Positions 1-9,274 of a stretch of DNA of 26,236 nucleotides are shown piece by piece. This DNA comes from Candidatus Aenigmatarchaeota archaeon (GTDB lineage Archaea > Aenigmatarchaeota > Aenigmatarchaeia > Aenigmatarchaeales > SZUA-1535). A model generated the notes under the pieces. It was not told where the DNA came from. It worked only from the letters and a program-made list of their open reading frames with translations, and did no database searches. The stretch covers positions 1 to 26,236 of the forward strand of contig WAOA01000018.1 in the NCBI GenBank assembly GCA_015521535.1. The letters are read 5' to 3'. Positions within the stretch are counted from its first letter, which is position 1, and each line of letters opens with the position of its first letter. Position numbers and translations under genes: made by a program.

Positions 1-179
1 ATTACTGCAGAGAGTAAGGGAGAAAGGGATTTTTTAGGGTGAATTAAGGAACTGCTCTCTCTATGGGACATTGCCATGAAATAGATATGGCATGATTATA
101 TAATAAAAGTTTTTGGTATAAAAAGGTTTTTTATTGGAAACTGGAGCCGAGAAACCGGAACCGATGGATTTTGATAATG

Positions 180-187
180 TTTATAAG
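180..187 (+). promoter_or_regulatory. Probable TATA box (TTTATAAG) for the rpoF operon
   Basis: TTTATAAG lies about 34 nt upstream of the ATG at 221, with an SD-like GGGTG at 210-214. Confidence 0.45.
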
Positions 188-220
188 TATTTGAAAAAAG
201 AATTTAAAAGGGTGTTGAAT

Positions 221-547
221 ATGAAGGTCGGTGAAGCAAAACCCGTGCCCATGGCTATTGCAAGGGATATCCTTTCGAAAAGAGAAAAGGAAGGTGAATT
301 GTTATATGAACAAAAACTTGCTCTGGAACATCTTAAAAAGTTCACAAAACTCTCGCCGAAAAAGGCTGAAAGCCTGATAAAGGAAATTTCAGAAGTTGTG
401 AAACTTAGCGATGAAGTGCTTATTCAAATAGTCGATATACTACCAAAAACACCAGAAGAGCTGAGAACGATACTTTCAATTGAAAAATTTTCTTTAAGAG
501 AGGATGAAATCAAGAAAATACTTGAAATAATTAAAAAATATGTGTAA
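221..547 (+). CDS. rpoF: DNA-directed RNA polymerase subunit F (Rpo4)
   Basis: MKVGEAKPVPMAIARDIL...LLYEQKLALEHLKKF...QIVDILPKTPEELRTIL matches RpoF and lies directly upstream of DUF655 and rsmA, the conserved archaeal order. Start moved from the TTG at 134 to the ATG at 221 on SD, TATA and typical length (about 108 aa). Confidence 0.85.
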   Translation: MKVGEAKPVPMAIARDILSKREKEGELLYEQKLALEHLKKFTKLSPKKAESLIKEISEVVKLSDEVLIQIVDILPKTPEELRTILSIEKFSLREDEIKKILEIIKKYV

Positions 548-561
548 AAGGCGGTGAAGCG

Positions 562-1113
562 ATGAAGGATGAATATGCGATAGTTCTGGATTTCCTTCCT
601 AAAGGACACGGTTTCGGTAAACCAGAGCCTATAGCACAAGTTATAGGTACTACTTTTTTCTCGCTTTTGGAAGTTGTACCAAGGCAAAATGTTACGCTAA
701 AGCCGGGAGATAAAGTTTATATAGGCTCTGGTAAGCGCGAGGAAATAAGAAGTATAAAAAGAAGGATAGACTATGAAAAACTCACTGCCTTTGCGAAATC
801 TGAAATAGAGAATGCTGTACAAAGAATAGTCGATGAAAACGAGCAAAGATTCGTGGATTTTTTTAATAAGGCCCAACCCATAAATGTTAGGCTTCACCAA
901 TTAGAACTCTTACCAGGGGTAGGTAAAAAACACATGCAAGAAATAATCGAAGAAAGGAAAAAGGAGGCGTTTAAAAACTTTGAAGACATAAAAAACAGGG
1001 TAAAACTCATTCCTGACCCGAAGAAATTGATAATAAAGAGAATTCTCATGGAAATAAAAGGAAAGGAAGATAGATACAATCTTTTCGTTCGCGGTACAAA
1101 GAGTTTTAGATAA
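562..1113 (+). CDS. DUF655 family putative nucleic-acid-binding protein (helix-hairpin-helix)
   Basis: MKDEYAIVLDFLPKGH...AQVIGTTFFSLLEV...RLHQLELLPGVGKK; SD GGCGGTGA upstream; conserved position between rpoF and rsmA. Confidence 0.85.
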   Translation: MKDEYAIVLDFLPKGHGFGKPEPIAQVIGTTFFSLLEVVPRQNVTLKPGDKVYIGSGKREEIRSIKRRIDYEKLTAFAKSEIENAVQRIVDENEQRFVDFFNKAQPINVRLHQLELLPGVGKKHMQEIIEERKKEAFKNFEDIKNRVKLIPDPKKLIIKRILMEIKGKEDRYNLFVRGTKSFR

Positions 1114-1148
1114 AAATATTTAGTAATTATCTGCACAATCATAAAACT

Positions 1149-1889
1149 ATGTTCTCAACTAAGCGTAGAAAAAGAAAAATGTTAGGACAGCATTTTATAA
1201 TAGATAACTCTATTTTTGAAAGAGAATGCAGATACGCTAATTTGTGTAAGGATGATATTGTTTTAGAAATAGGAACGGGTGACGGAAGATTAACAAAAGT
1301 GATATCAAAATACGCTAAAAAAGTAATAGGTATAGAAAAAGACCCGATATTGGCAGAAATAGCGAGAGAAAACACAGGAGAAAACGTTGAAATAATAGAA
1401 GGTGATGCTCTTAAAATAGATTTTCCTGAATTTAATAAAATAATTTCAAACATCCCGTATAGTATTTCTTCGAAAATTATCGAGAAAATTTTCAAATACA
1501 AATGGGAAGTAGCGGTATTAACATTTCAAAAAGAGTTCGCGTTGCGCTTTTTCGCCAGGGCGGGAGAAAGAAATTACTCGAGAATAACCGTGCTGGTAAA
1601 CTACTATTCAAAGCCGGAATTCTTAGAAACTATTCCGAAAAGTATGTTTCACCCTAAGCCAAGAGTGGATTCTGCTATGATAAGATTAAAGCGTAAAGAT
1701 GTGGAAGAATTGCCGAAAAACTTTTGGAATATTGTTAGAATGTTATTCACACATAAGAAAAAATTGGTTAAAAATGCGCTGAGTGATGCGGGTATCGAAG
1801 CTAGCATTCCGCATGAACTTGCGAGAAAACGGGTTTTTCAATGTACATTGCATGATCTAATTAAAATTTACGAGTTTATAGATTTTTAA
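1149..1889 (+). CDS. rsmA: 16S rRNA adenine dimethyltransferase (KsgA/Dim1)
   Basis: LGQHF, LEIGTGDGRLT (SAM-binding), IEKD, GDALK, ISNIPYSIS, FHPKPRVDS motifs. Confidence 0.93.
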   Translation: MFSTKRRKRKMLGQHFIIDNSIFERECRYANLCKDDIVLEIGTGDGRLTKVISKYAKKVIGIEKDPILAEIARENTGENVEIIEGDALKIDFPEFNKIISNIPYSISSKIIEKIFKYKWEVAVLTFQKEFALRFFARAGERNYSRITVLVNYYSKPEFLETIPKSMFHPKPRVDSAMIRLKRKDVEELPKNFWNIVRMLFTHKKKLVKNALSDAGIEASIPHELARKRVFQCTLHDLIKIYEFIDF

Positions 1890-1902
1890 AATTACCAAAT
1901 AT

Positions 1903-2586
1903 ATGTTATTTATAATGACCAAAACGATTATAGAATGCAAGAACATATGGAAAATTTATAAAGAAGGTAGAGTCCAAGCCCTGTGCGGAGTTTCACTGAA
2001 AATAAGAAAGGGTGAAACTCTCGCTATTCTCGGTCCTTCAGGTTCGGGTAAAAGCACGCTTATGCATATACTCGGTTGTTTGGATAGGCCGAGCAAGGGA
2101 AAGGTTTTAATAAAGGGAAGGGATGTTTCAAAATTAAGCGATGATGAACTCGCTAAAATAAGAGCAAAAACCATAGGATTTGTTTTTCAATTCTTCTACC
2201 TTGTTCCTTATCTTACCGCTTTAGAAAACGTTATGCTTCCGATGATTTTCGTTGGCGAAAAAAACACTGAAAAATGCAAAGAACTGCTTAAAATTGTAGG
2301 TTTGGAAAAAAGAGCAAACCACTTGCCAATGCAACTTTCTGGCGGTGAAAGACAGCGCGTAGCGATAGCGCGCGCACTTGCGAATAATCCAGAGATAATA
2401 CTTGCAGACGAACCAACCGGCAATTTAGACAGCAAAACAGGAGAAGAAATAATTAAACTCTTGTTAGATTTGAATAAGAAACACGGAAAAACCGTAGTTG
2501 TGGTAACGCACGATTCGCAACTCGCGAAAAGGATGAAAAGAATAATACATATAAAAGATGGAAAGATAATAAAAGCGGGTGGATAG
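1903..2586 (+). CDS. ABC transporter ATP-binding protein, LolD/FtsE/MacB (type VII) family
   Basis: Walker A GPSGSGKST, signature LSGGERQRVAIARAL, Walker B ILADEPTGNLD, H-loop VVTHD. The start could be the ATG at 1915. Confidence 0.93.
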   Translation: MLFIMTKTIIECKNIWKIYKEGRVQALCGVSLKIRKGETLAILGPSGSGKSTLMHILGCLDRPSKGKVLIKGRDVSKLSDDELAKIRAKTIGFVFQFFYLVPYLTALENVMLPMIFVGEKNTEKCKELLKIVGLEKRANHLPMQLSGGERQRVAIARALANNPEIILADEPTGNLDSKTGEEIIKLLLDLNKKHGKTVVVVTHDSQLAKRMKRIIHIKDGKIIKAGG

Positions 2587-2587
2587 T

Positions 2588-3700
2588 ATGAGAAAAATCG
2601 CGTTCATTTATATGGTTTTGTTTCTTACAACTATAACTTATGTAAACTCCGCTTCATACGGCGGGCTTGTGCTTTCGTATACATTAGAAAAGGATTTTTA
2701 CAGACCCGGAGAAAGTGGAGAAGTGTTTTTAACAATTTCTAATCCAACTTCTTATCCGCTTGGAAGCATGGACGTTGAAATCTCGGCGGACGGTTTCTTA
2801 AATGTAAAGGAGGGAACTTTTTCTCTTGACAATTTACCAGCAGGTGCTATGCAGCAAATTGGAATTGTTTTTGAAGTTAATTCTTCTGCTTTACCGGAAA
2901 TCTCTTACATAAAAGTTCACGTAAAATATAAGGATTACAACGATAATCAAAAGGAAAACGACCTTATAATTCCGATAAAAATTTTAAACGAACCGATACT
3001 CAAAGTTTATGCTTCTAAAATACCGGAATTAAAAATAGGTAAATCGGAAAAAATTTGTTTCAACGTGATCAATTACGGAGGTGAGAGTAAGGATATTACT
3101 TTAGCGTTGAGTTCTGAGCAATTTTCAATTTCTCCGCCTGAAAAGTTTTTGAAATCTTTAAAAGGTAGTACCGAGGTGTGTTTTGATATAACTCCTATAA
3201 CCACGAACACAGGAAATTATCCTTTAGAGATGACACTAACTTATAGAGACGCGCTTTACGAAAGTACTTATACGGATACTTTCACATTCTGGGTAAACCT
3301 TTCCGGAAAGGTAGAACTTAAGGTTTATACAGAAAGTTATTCCGAAAAGGAAAACGCGATAAATATAGTGTTTTCAAATTCCGGAAATGAAAATATAAAG
3401 GCGCTTTACGTAATTCTCTCTTCGGATATAGAAATTTCTCCGAATGAAATATACATAGGCGATTTGGACAGAGATGACTATGATTCCGAAAAGGTTTTCC
3501 TTTCACCAGTACAAGGAGAGCATGTAATAAATATTACAGCAAAATTTAGAGATACGTTTGAAAGAGAATACGAAAAAACATACTCGGTCACCGTTATGAT
3601 TCCGGAAAAGAAAAGTGAAAATAATACTAACTACTTTTACTTTCTTATTATTCTAATAGGTATTTTTGCATTTATCTATTTTAAGAAGAAAGTAAAATAA
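2588..3700 (+). CDS. Secreted, C-terminally anchored S-layer-domain-like protein (COG1361-like, tandem Ig/CARDB-type folds)
   Basis: Signal peptide MRKIAFIYMVLFLTTITYVNS; repeated beta-sandwich units (PGESGEVFLTISN, FNVINYGGE, IVFSNSGNE); C-terminal TM plus KKKVK; sits between ABC ATPase and permease. Confidence 0.68.
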   Translation: MRKIAFIYMVLFLTTITYVNSASYGGLVLSYTLEKDFYRPGESGEVFLTISNPTSYPLGSMDVEISADGFLNVKEGTFSLDNLPAGAMQQIGIVFEVNSSALPEISYIKVHVKYKDYNDNQKENDLIIPIKILNEPILKVYASKIPELKIGKSEKICFNVINYGGESKDITLALSSEQFSISPPEKFLKSLKGSTEVCFDITPITTNTGNYPLEMTLTYRDALYESTYTDTFTFWVNLSGKVELKVYTESYSEKENAINIVFSNSGNENIKALYVILSSDIEISPNEIYIGDLDRDDYDSEKVFLSPVQGEHVINITAKFRDTFEREYEKTYSVTVMIPEKKSENNTNYFYFLIILIGIFAFIYFKKKVK

Positions 3701-3708
3701 GTGGTAAA

Positions 3709-4944
3709 ATGATTTTAGAAATTGTTTCGTTATCTCTGAAACATCTTATGCATAGAAAGTTAAGAACTTTTTTAACGGTTCTTGGTGTTGTTATAGGTGT
3801 TGCTGCAATTACAGGCATGGTATCTGCTACGCAGGCTATTAGTAATGTTATCACAGAAGAGATAGAGAAATTTCAGGTTAACGTTATAGAAGTAATACCT
3901 GGTGAGTTTAAACTCGGTTTTTCGTTGTTCGGAGGAGAGACTATGAAAGCAACTCTGACAGAAAAAGACGCTGATATTATAAGAAGTATAGGCGGTGTAG
4001 ATGTTGTTTCTGCAGGTATTTACAGATATGGTGAAATCTCCAAGGGTAAAGAAAGATATTACCTCAATATCATGGGTATAGATGAATATTTCGATGAGAT
4101 AAATACCATAGGTATTTATAAAGGTAGATACCCGAGAAAGGGAAAAGAAGTCCTTGTAGGTTATTCTGTAGCATACGATTTATTCGATAAACCTTTAGCG
4201 GTTAAAGAAAAAATAACTATTGAAGGGGAAGAGTTTAAAATAGTAGGGATAATGAATAAAGCAGGTGGGCTTTTTAAAAGCATAGATTCAATGGTATACA
4301 TTCCGAAAGAAACGCTTAGAGAATTAAAGGATATTGATAAAAATACGGTAGATTTGATAGATATTAAGGTTAAGGATAATGTCGATCCGGAAATAGTGGC
4401 GAAGGAAATTGAATATAAACTCGCAAAGGCTCATAAGGTTTCTGTGGATGAAAAAGATTTCACGATTTTTTCACCCGAGTTTTCAAAAAAGATAGCATCG
4501 CAAATCACTGGAATACTTCAAATACTTTTAGGGAGCATAGCGAGTATTTCCTTTCTTATCGGCGCGATAGGAATAGCGAATATGATGTTCACTTCTGTTC
4601 TCGAAAGGACGAGAGAAATAGGTATTTTAAAGGCAATCGGTGCAACTGATAGACAAATAATGATGATGTTTTTGATAGAATCCGGGATAATAGGGTTAAT
4701 AGGCGGTATAATAGGGATATTTTTCGGCTATGGCTTAGGACAGGGATTCTTGATACTAAGGCAGTATATGCTTTCTAAGATAAGTATGTTCGAAACCGTA
4801 GTACAAGCACCGAGTATAGAAATAAATTTCGGATTATCGGTAACCGCCTTGTTTGTGTCTTTCATAATAGGAATTTTAGCAGGATTGATTCCTGCAAGAA
4901 AGGCAGCAAAATTGCCGCCTGTTGAAGCACTGCGCTACGAATGA
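3709..4944 (+). CDS. ABC transporter permease, MacB/FtsX family
   Basis: HRKLRTFLTVLGVVIGVAAI first TM, large extracellular domain, then IGIANMMFTSVLERTREIGILKAIGA and PARKAAKLPPVEALRYE. Confidence 0.92.
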   Translation: MILEIVSLSLKHLMHRKLRTFLTVLGVVIGVAAITGMVSATQAISNVITEEIEKFQVNVIEVIPGEFKLGFSLFGGETMKATLTEKDADIIRSIGGVDVVSAGIYRYGEISKGKERYYLNIMGIDEYFDEINTIGIYKGRYPRKGKEVLVGYSVAYDLFDKPLAVKEKITIEGEEFKIVGIMNKAGGLFKSIDSMVYIPKETLRELKDIDKNTVDLIDIKVKDNVDPEIVAKEIEYKLAKAHKVSVDEKDFTIFSPEFSKKIASQITGILQILLGSIASISFLIGAIGIANMMFTSVLERTREIGILKAIGATDRQIMMMFLIESGIIGLIGGIIGIFFGYGLGQGFLILRQYMLSKISMFETVVQAPSIEINFGLSVTALFVSFIIGILAGLIPARKAAKLPPVEALRYE

Positions 4945-5153
4945 GCACGCTCCTCTTCTTCCGTAAGATACATTGCAGCGGAAATCCAGAACATTCCGCC
5001 CAAGAGTATAAGGATAAATGAAATCGTGTAAGAAAGTATAACCCCGCCTGTGGTTGCACCTAATGCAGAAGGATCTACGCTTCCTGCTATTAAACTTCCG
5101 AGAAATATTAGTACAGAACCTAATATCCAAAAGATTATAATTCTGGTATCCAT
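4935..5153 (-). CDS. Small two-TM membrane protein, hypothetical
   Basis: 72 aa with two hydrophobic segments and an acidic tail; own TATA (TTTATATA on minus, 5184-5177) 24 nt upstream; 10-bp convergent overlap with the permease. Confidence 0.62.
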   Translation of the reverse strand: MDTRIIIFWILGSVLIFLGSLIAGSVDPSALGATTGGVILSYTISFILILLGGMFWISAAMYLTEEEERAHS

Positions 5154-5176
5154 ACGAATAATTTAGTTGGTTTGAA

Positions 5177-5184
5177 TATATAAA
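5177..5184 (-). promoter_or_regulatory. TATA box (TTTATATA) for the small membrane protein gene
   Basis: Consensus archaeal TATA 24 nt upstream of the ATG at 5153. Confidence 0.5.
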
Positions 5185-5226
5185 TTTATGTCACATTATA
5201 CTATTCGTATGCCGTTTAGCGCCTTT

Positions 5227-5943
5227 TTACTTTCCGAACCTTCTTTCTCTTTGCGAATATTCTTTAAGTATTCTTACAAAATCCTCCTTTTCGAATTCGG
5301 GCCACATTTTTTTAACGAAGAAAAATTCTGCATACGCTCCCTGCCAAAGAAGAAAATTGCTTACCCTGTTTTCTCCGCCCGTCCTTATAATCAAGTCTAC
5401 AGGCGGTTGGCCGTTAGTATACAAATGTTCCTCCACAAATTTTTCCTTTATGTCACGAACCTTAACCTTGCCGTTCAAAGCCTTTCTCACTATTTTTTTA
5501 ACAGCATCCGTAATCTCCTGTTTTCCGCCGTATGCTATTGCAAAATTCAGAAAATAGTTTTTATAATTTCTTGTTGCCTTTTCAACCTCTTTAAATATTT
5601 TCTGTAATTTTTTCGGAAGTAAGTAAGTCCTACCTATTATACGTATTCTTACTCCGTATTTGTGCACCTCGTGCTTGGGATTAAGAATTTTTGAGAATTC
5701 TTTTTCGAATAATTTCAGAATATGATTCAATTCCTTTTTCGGGCGCTTTTTCAGGTTTTCCAGAGAAAGAGAATATAGCGTCGCATACCTTATTCCGTAT
5801 TCTTTAAGCCAGTTCAGAAGTTCCTTCACTTTTTTAGCGCCCCATCTATGCCCATACCACGGTTGCTTCATAAGTCGTTTCGCGAACCTTCTGTTACCGT
5901 CGAGAATTATTCCTATATGTAAAGGTAATTTTGCTGTTTCCAT
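5227..5943 (-). CDS. uppS: cis-prenyltransferase (polycis-prenyl diphosphate synthase)
   Basis: HIGIILDGNRRFA, YSLSLEN..RP, AIAYGGKQEI, DLIIRTGGENRVSNFLLWQGAYAE, C-terminal RRFG. ATG 5943 preferred over GTG 5952 because GGGTGG is positioned as its SD. Confidence 0.95.
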   Translation of the reverse strand: METAKLPLHIGIILDGNRRFAKRLMKQPWYGHRWGAKKVKELLNWLKEYGIRYATLYSLSLENLKKRPKKELNHILKLFEKEFSKILNPKHEVHKYGVRIRIIGRTYLLPKKLQKIFKEVEKATRNYKNYFLNFAIAYGGKQEITDAVKKIVRKALNGKVKVRDIKEKFVEEHLYTNGQPPVDLIIRTGGENRVSNFLLWQGAYAEFFFVKKMWPEFEKEDFVRILKEYSQRERRFGK

Positions 5944-5965
5944 TCCATCCACCCGCTACTACTAT

Positions 5966-6931
5966 TTATATTTTGTTTTTTAAAAATTTTTTCAATCTCT
6001 GTATGAAAATATTAATTTTATCTCCTTCTATTCTTGCGCCGGCAGCAACGCTATGGCCGCCGCCTCTTCCTATGCCCTGTGAAGATTTGAAAAATATTCT
6101 TCCTATATCATAGTTTCTGCTTCTGCCTGAAATCTTGAAAAAACCGTCTTTAAAAGAATAAACTATTACCGTGCTTTTCGGGTATTTATCGAATATCTCG
6201 TTTGCGACTCTCGAGGTTATAGAATAAGGACTTTCTACTTCAAGTATAATTATATCTTTAGAACCGCTTCTTTTACCTGCTTTTTCAACCCATGTTCTTA
6301 CCTCTTCATTAACCTTTTCCGCTAATTTTGCGTACTCTTTTATTTTTAAAAATTCTTCTATATTTTTACACTTTGAAAGTTTTTCAACCGCTTCCTTTAA
6401 CGCGTTATCGCCTTTAACAGATTTAACAGCATCTATATATTCTGCGGCGAGAATTTCTTTTTTAGTACCCTTTATACTCCTGTCTCCGACAGCCCCTATT
6501 CGCTTTATCCATAGAATATCCTTTACACCTAGTTTTTTGCATATGCCGTAAACAACTTCGCTGGCAGATACGTATTTTTCAAAGTTATAAAACCTCGGAT
6601 TAATGTGCACCGTTCCTATTTCGTTCAAATTTTTGAAAGGAGGGTGATGATCTATAATTGCGATAACTTCGCTTTTAACAAAATTCAGATAAGAGGAATG
6701 CTGGTCAACGGGTATATCTAGAATTAAGCAAAGTTCTGTATGCTCTTTAATTTTCATAAACGTAGTTTTTTCCAATTCGCCTGAAGCAAGACGCGTTGCT
6801 ATGCCTTTGCTGCGAAGATATTTCAAAATCTGCGCCGCAGAGCAAGCTCCATCGGCATCGCAGTGAAATATAATTCCGACTTTTCCGTATATATTTTTTA
6901 ACATCTCGATTATTCTGTTAACTTCTTTCAT
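5966..6931 (-). CDS. DHH/DHHA1 family phosphoesterase (RecJ/NrnA-like)
   Basis: HCDADG (motif I), ILD (II), IIDHH (III), GAVGD (IV), ISGRS and GGGHSVAAG (DHHA1). Confidence 0.88.
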   Translation of the reverse strand: MKEVNRIIEMLKNIYGKVGIIFHCDADGACSAAQILKYLRSKGIATRLASGELEKTTFMKIKEHTELCLILDIPVDQHSSYLNFVKSEVIAIIDHHPPFKNLNEIGTVHINPRFYNFEKYVSASEVVYGICKKLGVKDILWIKRIGAVGDRSIKGTKKEILAAEYIDAVKSVKGDNALKEAVEKLSKCKNIEEFLKIKEYAKLAEKVNEEVRTWVEKAGKRSGSKDIIILEVESPYSITSRVANEIFDKYPKSTVIVYSFKDGFFKISGRSRNYDIGRIFFKSSQGIGRGGGHSVAAGARIEGDKINIFIQRLKKFLKNKI

Positions 6932-6940
6932 GCGGAACCC

Positions 6941-7519
6941 TTACAATTCTTCTTCTGGAAAGAGAATAATCTTGGTTTCATTTCCTTTAACCATGGAATC
7001 AAACGCCGAATCCAAAACATCGGCGTAAAACACTATAAGTGCTTCTATTGTTTTCGGCCTCGCCGCAACCTGACCGAGATCACCGCCGTGAGATTCGACG
7101 ATATGAATAACCTCTTCAGGAAAGCCGCGAGCGTATAATTCGCAGGCAGTAAGTACGGCGTGGTCTATAGTACAGCCTGAAAATCCCCAAGTACCGGCGT
7201 TTTTTTTATAGATGTATATTTTCATCCAGTCATGCAGTAAAGCGCCCGCTATGAGATGATCGTAATTTATTTTAACTTCATACATTTTTTCGAAATGCTC
7301 AGCGATTTTCATCGCAAGTTCGGTAACAGATACCGTATGCTCGACATGGCCGCCTTCTTTTGAGTGATGCGAACCCAGAGATGAAGGTGTTTTTTCCGGA
7401 TCTGAGTGCGGATAGATTATTTCCGGATTCGATAGTTTCGTATCTTTAAGGAACTCGATAACTTTTTCTCTTAGTCCTTCGTCTTCTATTTTCTTTGCCA
7501 ACTCGAATAATTTCTTCAT
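6941..7519 (-). CDS. HD-domain phosphohydrolase (YhaM/MptB-like)
   Basis: HHSKEGGHVEHT, ALLHDWMK, DH, ESHGG, ADVLDS. The N-terminus KKLFELAKKIEDEGLREKVIEFL recalls archaeal MptB-like proteins. Start at 7519 chosen from TATA spacing (alternatives 7525, 7543). Confidence 0.8.
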   Translation of the reverse strand: MKKLFELAKKIEDEGLREKVIEFLKDTKLSNPEIIYPHSDPEKTPSSLGSHHSKEGGHVEHTVSVTELAMKIAEHFEKMYEVKINYDHLIAGALLHDWMKIYIYKKNAGTWGFSGCTIDHAVLTACELYARGFPEEVIHIVESHGGDLGQVAARPKTIEALIVFYADVLDSAFDSMVKGNETKIILFPEEEL

Positions 7520-7540
7520 TTTCATAAGTAATTTTATAGG

Positions 7541-7560
7541 CATATAAAAATATTTAAAAA
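7541..7560. promoter_or_regulatory. Compact back-to-back divergent promoters
   Basis: TTTAAAAA (+, 7553-7560) is 23 nt before ATG 7583; TTTATATG (-, 7548-7541) is 22 nt before ATG 7519. Confidence 0.45.
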
Positions 7561-7582
7561 CCTCTTAATCCCTGTATTGTGT

Positions 7583-9274
7583 ATGAGGATTTATCTTGCG
7601 GTGTTCATAACTTTCCTGTTTATGCTTCCGTCGGCAAGCGCAGATGTAATAGTAAATTCTCAGGACTGGAGAGATGTTTATCTTGTAATGCTTTACGCCA
7701 AATTCAAGGGAGATGATGTTCATTATATTCTGAATTTAGGTGAAACGGATATACTTCTCAAGACGTTAACAAAAAATGAAACCCATATAATTTTCGAGAG
7801 CGCAAAAAAACCTGTTATAAAAAATCTTAAACAATTCTTGCGAAATTACGGTTTTTCAATAGTCTCGGAATCTGTATTCAACGACTACAACGACTTACAG
7901 ATTTCACTTTATAACGAGATAAAGGATAAAATAAAAGGCTTTGTAGTAATAAATCCTGATTTTGGATACGACGCCATTTCCGTATTTCCGCTCGCGGTTA
8001 CCGAGAACAGATGGGTGCTCTTCTATAACAAAAATTACGAGACAAGGATAATAAATCTTTTGAAAAACGAGGTAAAAAAGGATGTTGTGTTCTACGGCGA
8101 ATTTCTTTCTCAACCGTGGAAGAAAATTCCGAATTTCTATGAAATAATCTATGAACCGCCGTTCGAAAGAAATAAAATAATAGTTGAAAGAGTCTGGAAT
8201 AAGGTTAACGGCTGGATTTCATTATCGGACGGACAATATATAGAAAAAGGCTTTCTTCTCCAGGGAAAGCCCATACTTCTTATAAGGGATTCTCCGCAAG
8301 CGATCACGGATTTTCTTAAAAAACTCAAAGTAAAGGTAGTTGAAATAATAGGCCCTGAGAATGTTGATTTCGGATATCAGATAAGAGACCTTTCTAACAG
8401 AACCATAGGCGTGGTTGCAAAAATAGGAAGAACTTTTACAGGCGATCCAGAACTGAGAGGAAAGTTCTACACGCTTCCGGAAAAGTCTGTAGATATAGAG
8501 ATACATGACCTGCGGTTAGAAAAAATCCTATGGAATAATAGGGAAGTGATTTTGGTGCTGAAAAATTACGGGAATGTAAAAGAATTCTTTAAAATAAGCG
8601 CGTTACGACTCATAGGGAAGGAGGAATATCCTGTTACAGACGATAAACTTCATGTTATCAAACCGGGGGAAACCGTTTCAATACCTTTTTACGGAAATTT
8701 CTCCTCTTTGAGAGAAGGTGAGGTTTTTATAGTATACGGAAGTGAAAAATTAGTTTTCAGAGTTAAGAACCAAACCACAGGAAAATACTTCTTTTCAACA
8801 CAGTTTTATCCCGCTCCTGAACTTAAAAAACCTGAAGTTGAGGGTATATTTTATGACGATACCATTGAAAAACTCTGGATAAAGATCAGAAATCCTAATA
8901 ATCAACCTTTGTGGATTAGAGCGGAAGTCCATAATTTTACTTTCCTCAACAAAAGCATAATACTTTCTTCTCCAACGGTAAAAATACAAGAAGAAGGTTA
9001 TATACCTATTTCGGTGTATATGGGTAGGGAAGATATAGATGTCAATAAGAATCTAACTGTATTGATATTCTACGGTGAAAATGAAGATATTCTATCTGAA
9101 ATATATATATATTCTCAAAAAAAACCTATTAAACCTCAAAGAATAGATAATACCTTATTTATAATAGTTATAGTAACGGCAGTATTTGTTTTTATAGTAA
9201 TCGTTTTAATTTTTACCAAAAAAGGTATTATCTCCTTGGAATTCCTTAAAAATATTTATATAAGAAAAAAATAA
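7583..9274 (+). CDS. Membrane-anchored surface protein with three degenerate cell-wall-binding-2 (CWB2)-like repeats and two Ig-like domains; paralog of 16064-17770
   Basis: Signal peptide; NSQDWRDVYLVMLYA, DFGYDAISVFPLAVTENRWVLF, KPILLIRDSPQAITDFLKKLKVKVVEIIGP; C-terminal TM plus basic tail. Confidence 0.65.
   Translation: MRIYLAVFITFLFMLPSASADVIVNSQDWRDVYLVMLYAKFKGDDVHYILNLGETDILLKTLTKNETHIIFESAKKPVIKNLKQFLRNYGFSIVSESVFNDYNDLQISLYNEIKDKIKGFVVINPDFGYDAISVFPLAVTENRWVLFYNKNYETRIINLLKNEVKKDVVFYGEFLSQPWKKIPNFYEIIYEPPFERNKIIVERVWNKVNGWISLSDGQYIEKGFLLQGKPILLIRDSPQAITDFLKKLKVKVVEIIGPENVDFGYQIRDLSNRTIGVVAKIGRTFTGDPELRGKFYTLPEKSVDIEIHDLRLEKILWNNREVILVLKNYGNVKEFFKISALRLIGKEEYPVTDDKLHVIKPGETVSIPFYGNFSSLREGEVFIVYGSEKLVFRVKNQTTGKYFFSTQFYPAPELKKPEVEGIFYDDTIEKLWIKIRNPNNQPLWIRAEVHNFTFLNKSIILSSPTVKIQEEGYIPISVYMGREDIDVNKNLTVLIFYGENEDILSEIYIYSQKKPIKPQRIDNTLFIIVIVTAVFVFIVIVLIFTKKGIISLEFLKNIYIRKK

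Noticed and set aside
134-220. 29-aa N-terminal extension of RpoF from the TTG at 134
   Set aside because: It spans a TATA box and SD that fit the ATG at 221, and RpoF homology starts at MKVGEAKP.
5966-6931. Calling the DHH protein GAN/Cdc45 or RecJ specifically
   Set aside because: Shorter than typical GAN, and the motifs do not discriminate among DHH subfamilies without a phylogeny.
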